Translations under genes and position numbers: made by a program | Notes under the pieces: generated by a model | Told to the model about the DNA's origin: nothing | The model's input: only the letters and a program-made list of their open reading frames with translations | Database searches by the model: none | Part shown: one piece after another, positions 30,059-42,805 of the stretch | How positions within the stretch are numbered: the first letter of the stretch is position 1 | How the letters are laid out: the number at the start of each line of letters is the position of its first letter | Source: Octopus vulgaris | Taxonomy: Eukaryota | DNA length: 64,000 nt | Direction of reading: 5' to 3' | Assembly (NCBI GenBank): GCA_951406725.2 | Contig: OX597817.1 | Coordinates: forward strand, 175,150,001-175,214,000

Positions 30059-30462
30059 AGGTGCAGGAGTGGCTGTGTGGTAAGTAGCTTGTTTACCAAC
30101 CACATGGTTCCGGGTTCAGTCCCACTGCATGGCACCTTGGGCAAGTGACTTCTACTATAGCCTTGGGCCGACCAAAGCCTTGTGAGTGGATTTGGTAGAC
30201 GGAAACTGAAAGAAGCCCGTCGTATATATGTATATATATATATATATGCATGTGTATGTTTGTGTGTCTGTGTTTGTCCCCCTAGCATTGCTTGACAACC
30301 GATGCTGGTGTGTTTATGTCCCCGTTACTTAGCTGTTCGGCAAAAGAGACCAATAGAATAAGTACTGGGCTTACAAAAGAATAAGTCCCGGGGTCGAGTT
30401 GCTTGATTAAAGGTGGTGCTCCAGCATGGCTGCAGTCAAATGACTGAAACAAGTAAAAGAGT
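30059..30462 (+). mobile_element. SINE family A
   Basis: Full-length copy from AGGTGCAGGAGTGGCTGTGTGG to the AAAAGAGT tail. Confidence 0.9.
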
Positions 30463-30899
30463 ATATATATATACATACACACACTCATACATTGCTGTAA
30501 CCATGATGTTCTGGTGAGCTGGTGAGCCAGCATTCTTTATTTACATTGATTTGTGAATATGAAATTGTATGGTATAATGCCGAACATGCATATTAATGCA
30601 AACATGTAAGCATAATTTCTTCCACACTGAAATTATTACTACATGAAGAAGGCTATGAAACGTCTGTAACCCTAAGTATGCCATTGGTTAAATAAATATA
30701 TTAACCTTCAATACCTTTTGACATTTATGGTTTGTATCCTACACATAAAATTATTTCATCAATTGGATCTTGTGGATTTCAGTTGCTTGGACATTTTCTG
30801 TATTGGATTACATTACTATGTGAACTGTTTGCCGAGTTTCTGTAAGAGGAGCTTTCTGTGATAGCCAAAGAATTCTCTGAATCCATATCTTATTCTACA

Positions 30900-30941
<42 letters not shown>

Positions 30942-30958
30942 AAAAGATTTGTATGCTA

Positions 30959-31377
30959 CTTTCTTAAAATTGATTACATTTTAATTTTCCTTTTACATGT
31001 TTCAGTTTTTGAAAAACCATATCAAAAATATGTACTAAAATGGAATATGTAAAGAGAAAAGAACTATTAAAAAAATTTAATTAAAATTAAAATTAAGATT
31101 AACTGTGACTACAAATTACTACTATCAGGTAGTAGTAATTTGCATCCACAGTCAGTTGAACTTGTCATGCTACCAGATACAAAGGGTATTATCATGCGTT
31201 CTTGCAGGAAAAAGGAAATTAAACTATGAATGTTAATCTTAATTTTAATTTTAATTCAGTTTTTTTAATAATTCTTTTCTCTTTACATATTCCGTTTTTA
31301 GTACATATTTTTGATAAGGTTTTTCAAAAGCCGAAACATGTAAAAGGAAAATTGAAATGTACCCAATTTTAAGAAAG
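30959..31377. mobile_element. Foldback element (arms 30959-31103 / 31232-31377), probably Penelope-like
   Basis: ~145-bp inverted arms; the spacer contains the small hairpin CAAATTACTACT...GGTAGTAATTTG-like sequence at ~31112-31142. Confidence 0.8.
31308..31345 (+). ncRNA. Minimal hammerhead motif, U3-A8 variant
   Basis: UUU-UUGAUAA-GGUUUUU-C-AAAAGCC-GAAA-CAUG-UA-AAA: palindromic stem III ACAUGU, triplet GUA, weak stem I. Confidence 0.55.
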
Positions 31378-31731
31378 CACCATTTTCATTCTTGTTTTCC
31401 ATATATATATATGTATATATATGCAAAGTCTTAGAGCAGTAGTTGCATGATCTGAAAGTATAATCTGTTTAGTTTGATTGTAATATTGTAATGTCTAGCT
31501 AACTGAGATTAAAATGCATCGGTTATTTAAATGCAACTGATTGGTGCAAATGAAATATATTTTTGTGTATGTGACTGTATGTACACATGAGAGGATAGGC
31601 ATTTTAAATGTCTGTATATTTGATATTGTTTAAAAAGAAATGGTGTAGCTCAAGATTTTACTGTGGAGACTGAAAATTATGGTCCTCTCTCTGCTTTCTA
31701 AGTCTCTCACTCTTTTGATATAGTATGTATG

Positions 31732-31763
<32 letters not shown>

Positions 31764-32541
31764 TATATACACACTTATACACACATACATACATGCGTGT
31801 TTGTGTGTGTGTATGTGTATACAAATTATATTTTTTATTATATTTGAAGTTGATAGTCTTCTTTTGAGTTTTGCTCCAGCCTAGGCTGTTCGTGGTTTTT
31901 ACTAATAATATCTAATTTGTCTTTAGTGTTTGTGAATACTTTAGAACTCATCAATTTTGAAATAAACTGCTTGTATTGTCTGATTTATTTGTGTTTATAG
32001 TGGAAATTTTAATTATGCTTTAGGTGAATTCATAAATATTTTTTCATTATGAGAAGTAAACGTCTAAATAGTCATTTTTTAATAACAGTTATGTGGACTT
32101 TTACTATAGATTTGGTGATGACATCTTAAACATTTCACTGTTTTTAAATTCAAATTGGTTTTGAATTTTCTTTTTGTATGCATTAGAGCCTGGTAGAATA
32201 TGGCGTTCTTACTATTTTCCTCTCTTTGTAAAAATATGAATTCTAAGTTTTTTACTAGCAATTCTCTTAGACATGTATTGTTTACATTTATTTAGCTACT
32301 CTTTCTCGAATGATAAATATTATCAAAATGATAATATGAATATTCAAGACTCGCATTCCCAAAGTGATTTGGTAGAATGGATATGAAGTTTATCTTAAAA
32401 TCATGAGGTATCAGGGGCAATTCCACTATGCTACACCTTGGTGAAATCATGAGATCAATCCAACATTTGTGAGTGAAATTATCAATGACTCATCAGAGGG
32501 ACTGTACCTGTAATTCAAAAGTCCAGCCTTGTCATCTAAGG

Positions 32542-33187
32542 CTGTGATTCTTAACTGGGGTCTATATGGTCCCTGAGGGGCCATATAAGATTTTTGGTGG
32601 TCGATGTAACAAAATAGTAAATTGGGAATCCACAATAGTATTTTAAGGGCCCCTGAAAAAGTTTTTCTTTAGATGTATGTCATCATCATCATCATTGTTT
32701 AATATCCGTTTTCCATGCTGGCATGGGTTGGATGGTTCAACCGGGGTCTAGAAAGCAAGGAGGCTGCACCAGGCTCCAGTCTGATCTGGCAATGTTCCTA
32801 CAGCTGGTTGCCCTTCCTAATGTCAACCACACCGTGAGTGTAGTGGATGTTTTTTATGTGACACCGGCACAGGGGCCAGAGGAGGCTGGCAAATGGCCAC
32901 AATCGCTTGGTGCTTTTATGTGTCACCAACACGGATGCCAGTCAGGCGGCGCTGGCATCTCCCACTTTCGGACGGTGTATTGGTATATATTGCTAGAAAC
33001 AGCAAGGTTTCTTTCCCTAAAATTTCACATAGCTAACCTACACATGTTAATGTGAGAAAAACAAAATCGGAATTTTGAAAGAAGTTTCTATAAAACTAGT
33101 TTTTAAACATCGAAAGGCTATGGGGGTCCTTTAGAATAAAATAGTAACCAAAGGAGTCCATTGGTAAAAAATGGTTGAGAAGCCCTG
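32542..33187. mobile_element. hAT (Charlie/MER5-like) MITE with nested family C retroposon (~32680-32975)
   Basis: Right TIR GGTTGAGAAGCCCTG, degenerate left TIR CTGTGATTCTTAACT, 8-bp TSD ATCTAAGG / ATCTAAGC. Confidence 0.75.
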
Positions 33188-35399
33188 ATCTAAGCCAACC
33201 CAAAGGTTCTGAATTCAATTCCCAATAAAGGTGGCATTTAAATAATAGCAGGTGAACACCTAGGAGTCACTTCATAGGTGAGCTTGGCTCTTTTCTTAGC
33301 ATATCAGAAAGGAATGGGCTGGGCCACTTGTTTGAGAGTTCTTCTTTTGAAGATTTCTCCTGCTGTCTGTCCCCTCCATAAGTGAGTTTCCACTTTCACT
33401 TTCTGCTGTCTTCAGCTGATAATGTGTGAGAATTACATTAAGATTATGACTACCTGATGTATAAACTGCTATTTAAAACTTTAAGTCAATAAGGTAATCT
33501 AGTTGATTGACCAAATGGAATGCATATTGGTGACACTCAAGTTCTGTGGTTGTGTAGAAATGGCTCCAATTCTGATGGTAGCAAGAACGATAGAAACTGG
33601 AGGCAGCGCTGGTGCTAGGATATTCTGTACCCTAGGTCAGTTCTTCAATGCATGCCCCTTCTCAAAGCTCAAAAGTGTATTCTTTCTACTGTAGCCATTT
33701 ATTCTGCACCACTTTCAACAACTTTATCACTATAGATTCCTCCAGTTGTCATTCTGTTTACTTGACACCTTAGGCAAGTGTCCCCTACTACAACCTCAGG
33801 CTGACCTAGGCCTTGTGAATGGATTTGGTAGGCTGAGAGTGAAAGATGCCTGTTAAATATCATCATCTTCATCGTGTGACGTCTGTTTTACCTGATGGCA
33901 TGGGTGGGACAGTTTGACAGGAACTAATAAGTCAGAAGACTGCTCCAAGCTTTGCCTTCCTTTTTTTGGCATCGTTTCTTTTGTTGGATGCTTTTATATT
34001 GCCCCAGCAGCAGTGAGGTCACAGAGTGCAGTGTATTGGGTGCTTTTTATGTAGCACCAACAGCAATGAAGTCATCAAATGACTTGCCAGACAAGACCCC
34101 CCCCCCTCAACAGGGAGGGGTGAAGTAGTAGTATTGAAGGACAGACAGATGTCTTGCGTTAGAAGAGAGACATGGCTACTTCAGGTGTAGAGAAAGATGG
34201 TGACAATGTGACGGAGAGGGGGTAGGGGCTGGACGTGTAAGTTACAGGGTGGTGTATATAGGTGATGTGGACCAGGGATTGGAGAGGGTAGGTAGGTGGG
34301 GGAGTTCACAAGATTTCAAAAGGAGAGTGAGAGCTAGAGGGTGTGGTGGGGAAAAGGAAGAGATTGAACAGGTGCATGTGTGTGTGTGTGTGTGTGTTTT
34401 ACTATCTCCATGCCTTGACTTTGTGTGTGTAGTTGTAAACGAATGTCACCATCATGCAAAGATGGGGTCTTTTGTTTCCAGTCTTCCATGAAAGCATGTT
34501 TGGCCATTGGGAGATATTACCTTACTTGGAAACAGGTGAGGGTTGACAACAGGATAGGCATCTGATCTTTAAAAAATCTGCCTTAACAAATTCCATCCCA
34601 TGCGAGAATGGAAACGTGCATGTTGAAATGATGATGATGATGGTGATGACGACGATGACGATGATAATTATTGAGTAAATGTGTTAACTGATAAAATTTG
34701 GAATTTGTTAAGCGAAATCATTCGACCGCCTCAAGGACGGCCATCATCTGTTCCGAGAGTGACCTCCCCTGCTCCCTTTCCTACTGAGGTTTTTGTGATT
34801 TCAGTTGCATGAAGAAATTTTGTTTAGGTGTTCAGAATTTGGGCAGTGTTCCTAGATTTTAAGATCTTAAACAACCATCAAGTTGTTCTAATGTGTAATG
34901 CTAGCCCTGACTAACCAGTGCAAAATTCCTAAATATTAAAAAATGATACTGCCCATCATACGTTAAGTATTGATCAATTTTAGGTTTCTGTGAATAAATT
35001 CAGACCAGGCGTGAGCAGCCGTTTTCATCATCGGGTGGGATATACGACAAAAAAAAAAATTCAAGATAACTTTTCATTTAGGTGTCCCAAGTAGAAAGTC
35101 CGTGACGTATTTCGATCATCTTTCAAGTATTTGATTTATGTGTAATCTAAACAAATGTAGTTAGAACTAAAGAGTTGTTTCCCTTGTTGTAGTTTTTATT
35201 TTCTTTCCTTTTCTTTTTTTCTGAGGTTTCATTTTAGATTTGTATTATTTTTTTATTGTATCATTGTAGCTTAAAGACTTATGGCATATTTTTCTCTTCT
35301 TCTCTCATTAAATCACTGTTCTTAATGTTTATATAACTGTATATATACTCATAGTTCTCTGCTTGATATACTCTATTTATATAACACAAGCAAAACGCC

Positions 35400-35747
35400 C
35401 CCCCCCCATCCAATGGATGGTGCTGGGTTGTCAAACATTTAAACTTCTCCGACCGTCCCATAGGCCTCCTCTTTGAGAAACACTGATTTAACCTAAATTT
35501 GAGACACCAGCAAAAGAAGAAATAAAGATAGACTTTATTTCAAGCTGATGTACTTGCGCGTACAGATGCATGTTCCCACGGCTTTATCAATCGCATTCTC
35601 ACCTGGAATCGATTTTTGTAATTTTTTCAAGACTTATAAACGCCATGATACCATCGGTATTTACATATCAAATTTGAGCGCAATCGGATGGAGGATGCCC
35701 AACATCCTAGAAGACACACACAGACAGAACGGATTTTATATAATAGA
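35400..35747 (-). mobile_element. Non-autonomous Helitron-like fragment (5' end)
   Basis: Minus strand begins A|TCTATTATATAAAATCCGTTCTGTCTGTGTGTG, a typical TC start followed by a CTGT tract. The region is CpG-rich relative to its flanks. No 3' CTAG end was located and the left boundary is approximate. Confidence 0.5.
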
Positions 35748-36819
35748 TTAGGAGCAAATAATATTCTTTACCAGCAATTGAGCAATTGATTGCTCTTTTT
35801 TTCAACATTGTTTGTGTGTGCAAAAATAGATATCTTTATTCAGTAGCTGGTTAAAAGAATATATGAAGTTTGTAGAGGATATTCAGTTTGTTTTAAGGAA
35901 TAATGACTTCTAAATTAATTACACTTGTTTGGTTTAAATTGTCAGCATATTTAAAAATATTTGGAGGTGTCTTTTGTTTTGCTACATAATTACTTCAACT
36001 TTGCTGTGAGTCTTGTTTAACCCTGAGTCAACCCCAATTGAGCTGACCTATAATCAAAGACATTCTAGTCATGACCACCACATCTTTTATTCTTTTTTTT
36101 TTTTTTACAAACAGTGAATAACATTATCCTATGTGTCCTTTCTTCACTTAAAATTGTTGGGTGTTATTTGAAGGAAATTGGGCTACTATTTCTAGCAATT
36201 GAAGTAACTATATAGAGGCTTTTTCATTGATGTTTATAAGAATTTATATTCCTTATAGACTGTTATAGAGAGGTAATAAAAAGGGAGATAATGTTGCAAG
36301 CCTTCCCTAATAATCAATGGATACACAACTGAATGTTTTAGATAAGCCATAGCGTCAACAGAGCATGTAATTAGTTTCTGGTCGCTTACCCCAATATGTT
36401 GCTGGTATTTGATGATCTTAATGGGATAAAGATTGGGAGCAATGTTTCTTCTAAATTTTTTTCTATGGGTGTCCACAGAAATTTACCAGTGAGCAAACTC
36501 AATCTTTCTTTGCAAAATATGTCTACAATAATCACCACTTGAATTTGTTCTGTTAAAAAGAAAATTCAATTTCCTCCTGCAAACTTTGAGTGTACACATT
36601 TTTTTTTTGTGTGTGTGCAAGTTATAAAATGTGTGAAGGTGCACAAATGCACAGTTTATAGATGCCCTGACTGAAATACGGAATACATTCATCATGTGAT
36701 GTATGCATAGGTATCTCAAGATACTTGACTACTTGAAAAGAAATGAGTGAATTGATGTATGAGATAATTCATATGAAATAGTAATATAGTTTATTTTCCT
36801 TTTTGCTTTTGACTTCTAG

Positions 36820-36901
36820 GTCAAAATCATCAACAAGAAGGAGAAATACGATGCAGTACAAAGTAGGGTTGGTTCAAAGGATAACATCACTCACAGACCA
36901 G
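36820..36901 (+). CDS. tau-like exon D: VKIINKKEKYDAVQSRVGSKDNITHRP(G) (repeat 2)
   Basis: cttttgacttctag acceptor and CAG|gtatga donor. 82 nt, phase 0-1. Confidence 0.95.
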
Positions 36902-37854
36902 GTATGATATATATATGTACATACTTAATGATGTATATATACATACACTTATATTATTATTATCATTATTTCATATACATGCAGCAGATTAAATTGTTGG
37001 AAAAGAAGAATTCCTAACATCAGGTTACAACAAGTAACCTTAGATGCCAAAAACCTTCCTAAGTGTCCTAGCTGTCCCTAATAACACTATTTTCTGGAGC
37101 TGCACTAAACTAGGTTTTGTGTCTATTTTCTCTATCCATTTGTACAAATCTTTAAGGATAGTTCCTAATGCACCTATACAGGTGCAATGTTATCATCATC
37201 ATCGTTATTATTTTTAAGGTGGTAAGGTGGCAGAATCATTAGCATGCCTGGCAAAATGCTTAGCAGCATTTTGTCTGTCTTTATATTCTGAGTTCAAATT
37301 CTATCAATGTCAGTTTTGACTTCCATCCTTTCAAGGGTAATAAAACAAGTACCAGTTATGCACTGAGGTCAATGTAATTGACTTACCTCTCCCACAAGTT
37401 CCAGGCCTTAATCATATATACTTATGCATGTATAAAAACATGGTACAGAAATCTGATTTCTTAATTGAGATATTAAATATACAGTTCACATATAAAACTT
37501 CCTAGACATATTAAGAATAAATATGCAAATATTAACACATAAAGCATGATGGGCTACAATTGTAGCCATCAAGCACAGGTCGACTAGCCACGATTATAGC
37601 CCAGATTGATGCATTTAACTTATGGGCGTTTGTTAGGGTCTAATGTCACTCAAACGCTCTGACACCCCACCAGAATGCAAGAGGGCTGATAGTTCAACTA
37701 ATGACTTTTCAGATGATGTAAAACTTGTCACCATTATATACTAAGAAAATATTTAAACTATTTTTGTTATGTGTGTATGGTAGTCTCATTTTCATTAAAT
37801 GTGCTCAGCAGTCCATGCTATGTGAGTGCAAATCCCAGCACTTTATCAGTTGAC

Positions 37855-38510
37855 ACATATAAGCACCAATCAGCAAACAACTTGTTTGCTGAAATTATAA
37901 ATAAAGCCTGTGCCTTTGTGTCGGCTCAGAATTCCAGCAACTTCTGGCTGATGAGATGCAACATGTCTAAACGATAGTGTCTCAGAATGCTGTGTAGCAA
38001 TGAGCCAAGTGAGTTGAATACGTTGTTGTCATAAAATGAATGAGTTATTCTTCTATGGCATACACTACAGCGACCAGCATATTTTACATCTGAACTTGCC
38101 TTCATTTATTAACAATGAATATGCAAACATTTATTTTAGATTTTGCTGTGCATGATGTAAATAACAATTTTTTCATAGTTGGCAGATATAATTCATTTGC
38201 TGAAAGTATAAACAAAGCCACCAGCTTGGTTTGAGCTCAAAGGTCCGGGTACTTCTAGCTGGAAAGACACAGAATGTCACATCACTAGTGTCCCAGAATC
38301 CTGTGTGGAAACAAGCCAAGTGTGTTTTGACATTCATCATAAAAGAGAGAAGTTATTCTCCTATGATGGTGACCAGCATATTTTGTGTCTGAAACCTGCT
38401 GAAATATATTAAGAATAAATGCACAAATATTAATCCCAGATCTCACCATACATGGTGCAAATAATGATTTTGTTTATCATCTAGCAGATATAAGCACCAA
38501 TCAGCTAACA
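37855..38510 (+). repeat. Diverged ~310-bp tandem duplication
   Basis: Paired blocks TGCTGAAA.TATAAA.AAAGCC, CAGAAT.CTGTGT..AGCCAAGTG, AGTTATTCT.CTATG and GACCAGCATATTTT; ATATAAGCACCAATCAGC at both ends. Confidence 0.7.
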
Positions 38511-39242
38511 ACAAAAATTATGCTTAGTGACATTTTGTTGAGCTCTTCTGAGTTCAAATCCTGCCAAGGTTATATTACCCTTTCATCCATTTGGGACTGA
38601 ACAGATAAAGTTGACTGGGGTCAATGTAACCAACTTGATCCCTCCCCTCAAAATTGATGGCCTAAAACCCTGCAATGGACTAGCATCCCATTAAAGAGGG
38701 GCTGTTGTGATCAAAATCACTTATAGGCTATAGAAATCAGGGATAAAAAAAAAAAAATGTATAACAAATATTTATTTATTGTAACTTTAATTTCTTAATC
38801 TTTTGAACTACTGCTCCTCTTTAGAGCAGTTTTTCCTCCATCTCTACTTTATGTAGAAATTTTATGGAACATTTTTAAAAAATAGAAATTGGCAACCAAA
38901 ATGTTTTTCTAAATATATGTCTCTGTCATGCAAGTAGTGTCCTTCATTTCCATTTTACTGTGAAACATATCTGGCCAATGGGAAATATTGCCTTGTTTAG
39001 AAGCAAGTGAGGATTGGTGACAGGAAAGACATCTGGCCACAGAAAATCTGCCTTAACAAAATTCCATCTGGCCCTTGGAAAAGTGGATGTTAAAATGATG
39101 ATTTTTTGAAAGACGTAAAATTAGTTAACTGATATCAAGAAATGTATTTTCTTTTTTTTTTATATTTTGTACTAATTTTATAAAATTCTTTTATATTGTG
39201 CTAACTTTATTCAATTCTTTATCATATGTATTTAAATTACAG

Positions 39243-39355
39243 GTGGTGGAAATATAAGAATTGAAAACAAACGATTGTCTTATCTGGAAAGTGCTAAACC
39301 AAAGGTGGGCTCCTTGGATAAAGTTGACCATAAACCTGGTGGTGGAGATAAAAAG
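39243..39355 (+). CDS. tau-like exon E: (G)GGNIRIENKRLSYLESAKPKVGSLDKVDHKPGGGDKK (repeat 3)
   Basis: ttacag acceptor and AAG|gttagc donor. 113 nt, phase 1-0. Confidence 0.95.
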
Positions 39356-40814
39356 GTTAGCTTTACACTACATTTGCATTACAGTTTTTTTTTATTTCTT
39401 TGTATTCTCCATCAATACAGATATTTCTATTTCAGCTATTTAACTATGGCCTGTTGTCATTATGAACTGCATTAACGTTCTGGTGAAAACTAAAATTAAA
39501 TTATATATTACATCAAAACTCTAGCTTTGATTTCAGATTTAGGCAGCCGTAAACAAGCAAAAAATATTAGTTATCATTATAGATTTTTTAATTTCATTTA
39601 GAAAATGGTATTGGCACTATGAAGTAAGGTTCTATAATTGAAAAAAAAAAAAAAAAAAAAAAAAAAAGGAGCTGGTTTGTTTTCCAAAAGACAGCACTGA
39701 ATTGTTGACTGTAATTCCTATTTTACAGCAGGTAATTATTAACTAATTGTTCTGAGCATTATAATTTACTAATTAATTTGTTAATAATTTGATTTAGAAG
39801 CTGTGTCATTTAGTTGGCTCCACATTCCTTCTTTTAGTTAATCAGAACTTTCAGCATTAAAATAATCATCAGTTAAGCATTATTTTTAAATATAATCTTT
39901 TTTAATTTTTTTATTGCTTAAAATATCTTTTGTATTGCTATTTTTATCGTTATGCTTCTTTCTTTAATTATGTCATAGAAGTTTCTAAGTGCTTAAGATA
40001 ATTTTAACATATTTTAGAATATGTTTCTCTTGTTTATTCAGAATTTCCCGGGTGTTGAGAGTTTTATAACAAGATACTCCATTTCATAATAAGTCCTCCA
40101 TTTGTTATATATTTATCTATTAGGGGACTAATTTTCTCTTGGATATCTAAATTAGTTTTAGGCTTGTACTCAATAGCTTCATAGCCAGTTATCCAGATCA
40201 GTTGCAACCAAGCTTGATGCTACTCAACTTATCAATTCTATTTCACTCCTATAATTTCAGAAAGTCAACTTTTACCCTTATATTTCTTACATTTTTGTCA
40301 TTGTTAGTCAGATCATTACCATTTTATATTCTGTTTCACAATTAGCACTGCAGTTAAATCTTTAACACATGCCAGTGTGGACTGGTAGGGTCATTAGAAT
40401 CTTGGACAAAAGCCATACATTTGTAATTCTTCTTGCTCATTACATTCTGAATTCAAACCCTGCTTTGGTCAGTTTTGCTTTCATCCTTTTGGGATTAATG
40501 AAATAAATTACCAATCAAGTATTAGGGTTGAGTTAATTGGCCACTAAATTTCTGGCTTTTGCCCATGTTAGAAACAATATTTGTTGTCATGGATTAGAGG
40601 AGATCACCAAATTTCAATGATACTTCTGAGGTTGAGATAATCTTTTATCCATGTAGGTTTCATTAGGTCTTTTGAAGATGGAAAATTAAAACCCCCTTCA
40701 AAAAACAGTATGAGGCATTTTGGCACAGACATTTTAGTGCCACTTATTTGATGTCACTGATTTGGTACTGACTTGTTTGGCATCAGATGTTTTAATGTTT
40801 CCCTCACTGTCTTT

Positions 40815-40879
<65 letters not shown>

Positions 40880-40880
<1 letters not shown>

Positions 40881-41214
40881 GCAGCGTGGAAGGTGTTTAT
40901 AAGCCATTTAAGAAACACACAAAAGCCGTTCGATTCACTTCAACATTTAAGTTTAATTTGTCAAAATATTTTCGTCGCTAAAATCCTGACAAAATTCCGT
41001 GCTGCATCTCACGAGATGCAGCACGGATTTTTGTCAGTGAACAGGTCGCGGATTTTAGCGACGAAAATATTTTGACAAATTAAACTTAAATGTTGAAGTG
41101 AATCGAACGGCTTTTGTGTGTTTCTTAAATGGCTTATAAACACCTTCCACGCTGCAATTGTTTTCGTTTCAGCACACGATCTCAGATCAAATTACTTGCT
41201 ATGCGAGTACACCT

Positions 41215-41217
<3 letters not shown>
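40880..41217. mobile_element. Young foldback element (palindrome 40880-41156 plus one-sided extension) inside (TA)n, probably Penelope-like
   Basis: Over 100 bp of perfectly complementary outer arms; the left arm lacks the 13 nt that carry the ribozyme core. Confidence 0.85.
41030..41079 (+). ncRNA. Minimal hammerhead motif, G3-C8 variant
   Basis: UUUGUCA-GUGAACA-G-GUCGC-GGAUUUUA-GCGAC-GAAA-AUAU-UU-UGACAAA: 7-bp stem I, 5-bp stem II, palindromic stem III AAUAUU. Confidence 0.72.
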
Positions 41218-41269
<52 letters not shown>

Positions 41270-42397
41270 CATATTTCTGTGTGTTTGCTCCAACAACAAA
41301 AAAGTACTGTTGCCAAAACAGGCCATTTACCTGCTCAGATGTGCTAAATCATCTGCGTCCAGGCTGTTGTGTCAAGTCATCTTATTGTAGTGACAGGAAA
41401 AGTATCCAACTGTAAAACAATGTCTTAATAAAATGTAACAATCTTAACCCAAGCTATGTTTGAAAAATGGATGTAAAATGAGAACAGATGAATGATGTGT
41501 ATGTGAGAGACAGAGAGAGAGCAGTGGAGTGGGAAAGAGAAAGAAAGAGGTAGATAGATAAATAGATGGAGAGAGGGGTGTGAAGCTTTTGTTCAAAAAT
41601 ATTTTTTTGTGTTGCTGCTATTGTTGCTTTGGAAATTGGCAAAATTGCTTGAGGATGCTTTTATTCATACAACTAAGAATTCTGTCTTAGTTTTCTCAAG
41701 GAATCCATTTGGTTATACTGACATTGTTGATATTTATTCTAAAAGTTGTATTTTAAGACAAAAATTGATACATATATTCTAAACATTATTGCTCATGGTG
41801 TAATGGTTGACTTAAAGGCAGCTTTGGTTTGTGTTGTTAATTTTAATTCATATAGATGCCTATATACGCATTAGTGTGTGCATATACAAATATAGCCGGG
41901 CGAAATGCGTAGCCGTATTTCGTCTGCCATTACGTTCTGAGTTCAAATTCCGCCGAGGTCGACTTTGCCTTTCTTCCTTTCGGGGTCGATAAATTAAGTA
42001 CCAGTTACGCACTTTTTATTTAATTTCTCTTAGTTAACATATATCCTTTTTGACATTTCCAGTGCTTAGAAGTTCAATCATAAGGGATTATATATGTTTT
42101 GTCTACTTGAATGGAATCAACATAAATTTGAAGTTTTATAAAGTTATCTTACATTGTATGTTTATTTCTTAAGTTGATTGAGTTTCAAATAATGATGTCT
42201 GACAAAGTGAATGGACAATAAGAGTTTTATTTCATTTAATTGCAATGTGTTACATATATTGTATATATTATATATCTATATATGTGGTATGGTATGGAAT
42301 AAAAAAAAAAAGCCCATTCATTTACTGAAATGGTTGTAACATCTCTTTGAATTTCTTTTTTTCCTCATTTAAATTATCATCATCATCATCATTATCA

Positions 42398-42465
<68 letters not shown>

Positions 42466-42568
42466 CATACATTCCTATATACATACATACATGTATGTAT
42501 ATATATACACATATATATAAGTGTGTGTGTGTATCATCATCATCATCATTTAACGTCCGCTTTCCATG

Positions 42569-42602
<34 letters not shown>

Positions 42603-42805
42603 TAATTGTTTGGACTTTGGGTGTATGTCTAATAGTATGCCGGTTAAAGCACATTCACCATTTGGGCTACCTGATGTCATTCACAGTTATGTTATAATTT
42701 TCACTGGATCTCCATCAGGAATTCTGCTGTGTTTGTTTGGTTATAGTTCATGAGGGAATACATATATAATTTTATATATATATATATATTGTATTTCGGG
42801 TTTGT

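Noticed and set aside
30640-30668. TACA-TGAAGA-AGGCTAT-GAAA-CG-TC-TGTA hammerhead-like string
   Set aside because: Position 3 is missing, there is no stem II and no flanking IR; at best a dead remnant, so not counted.
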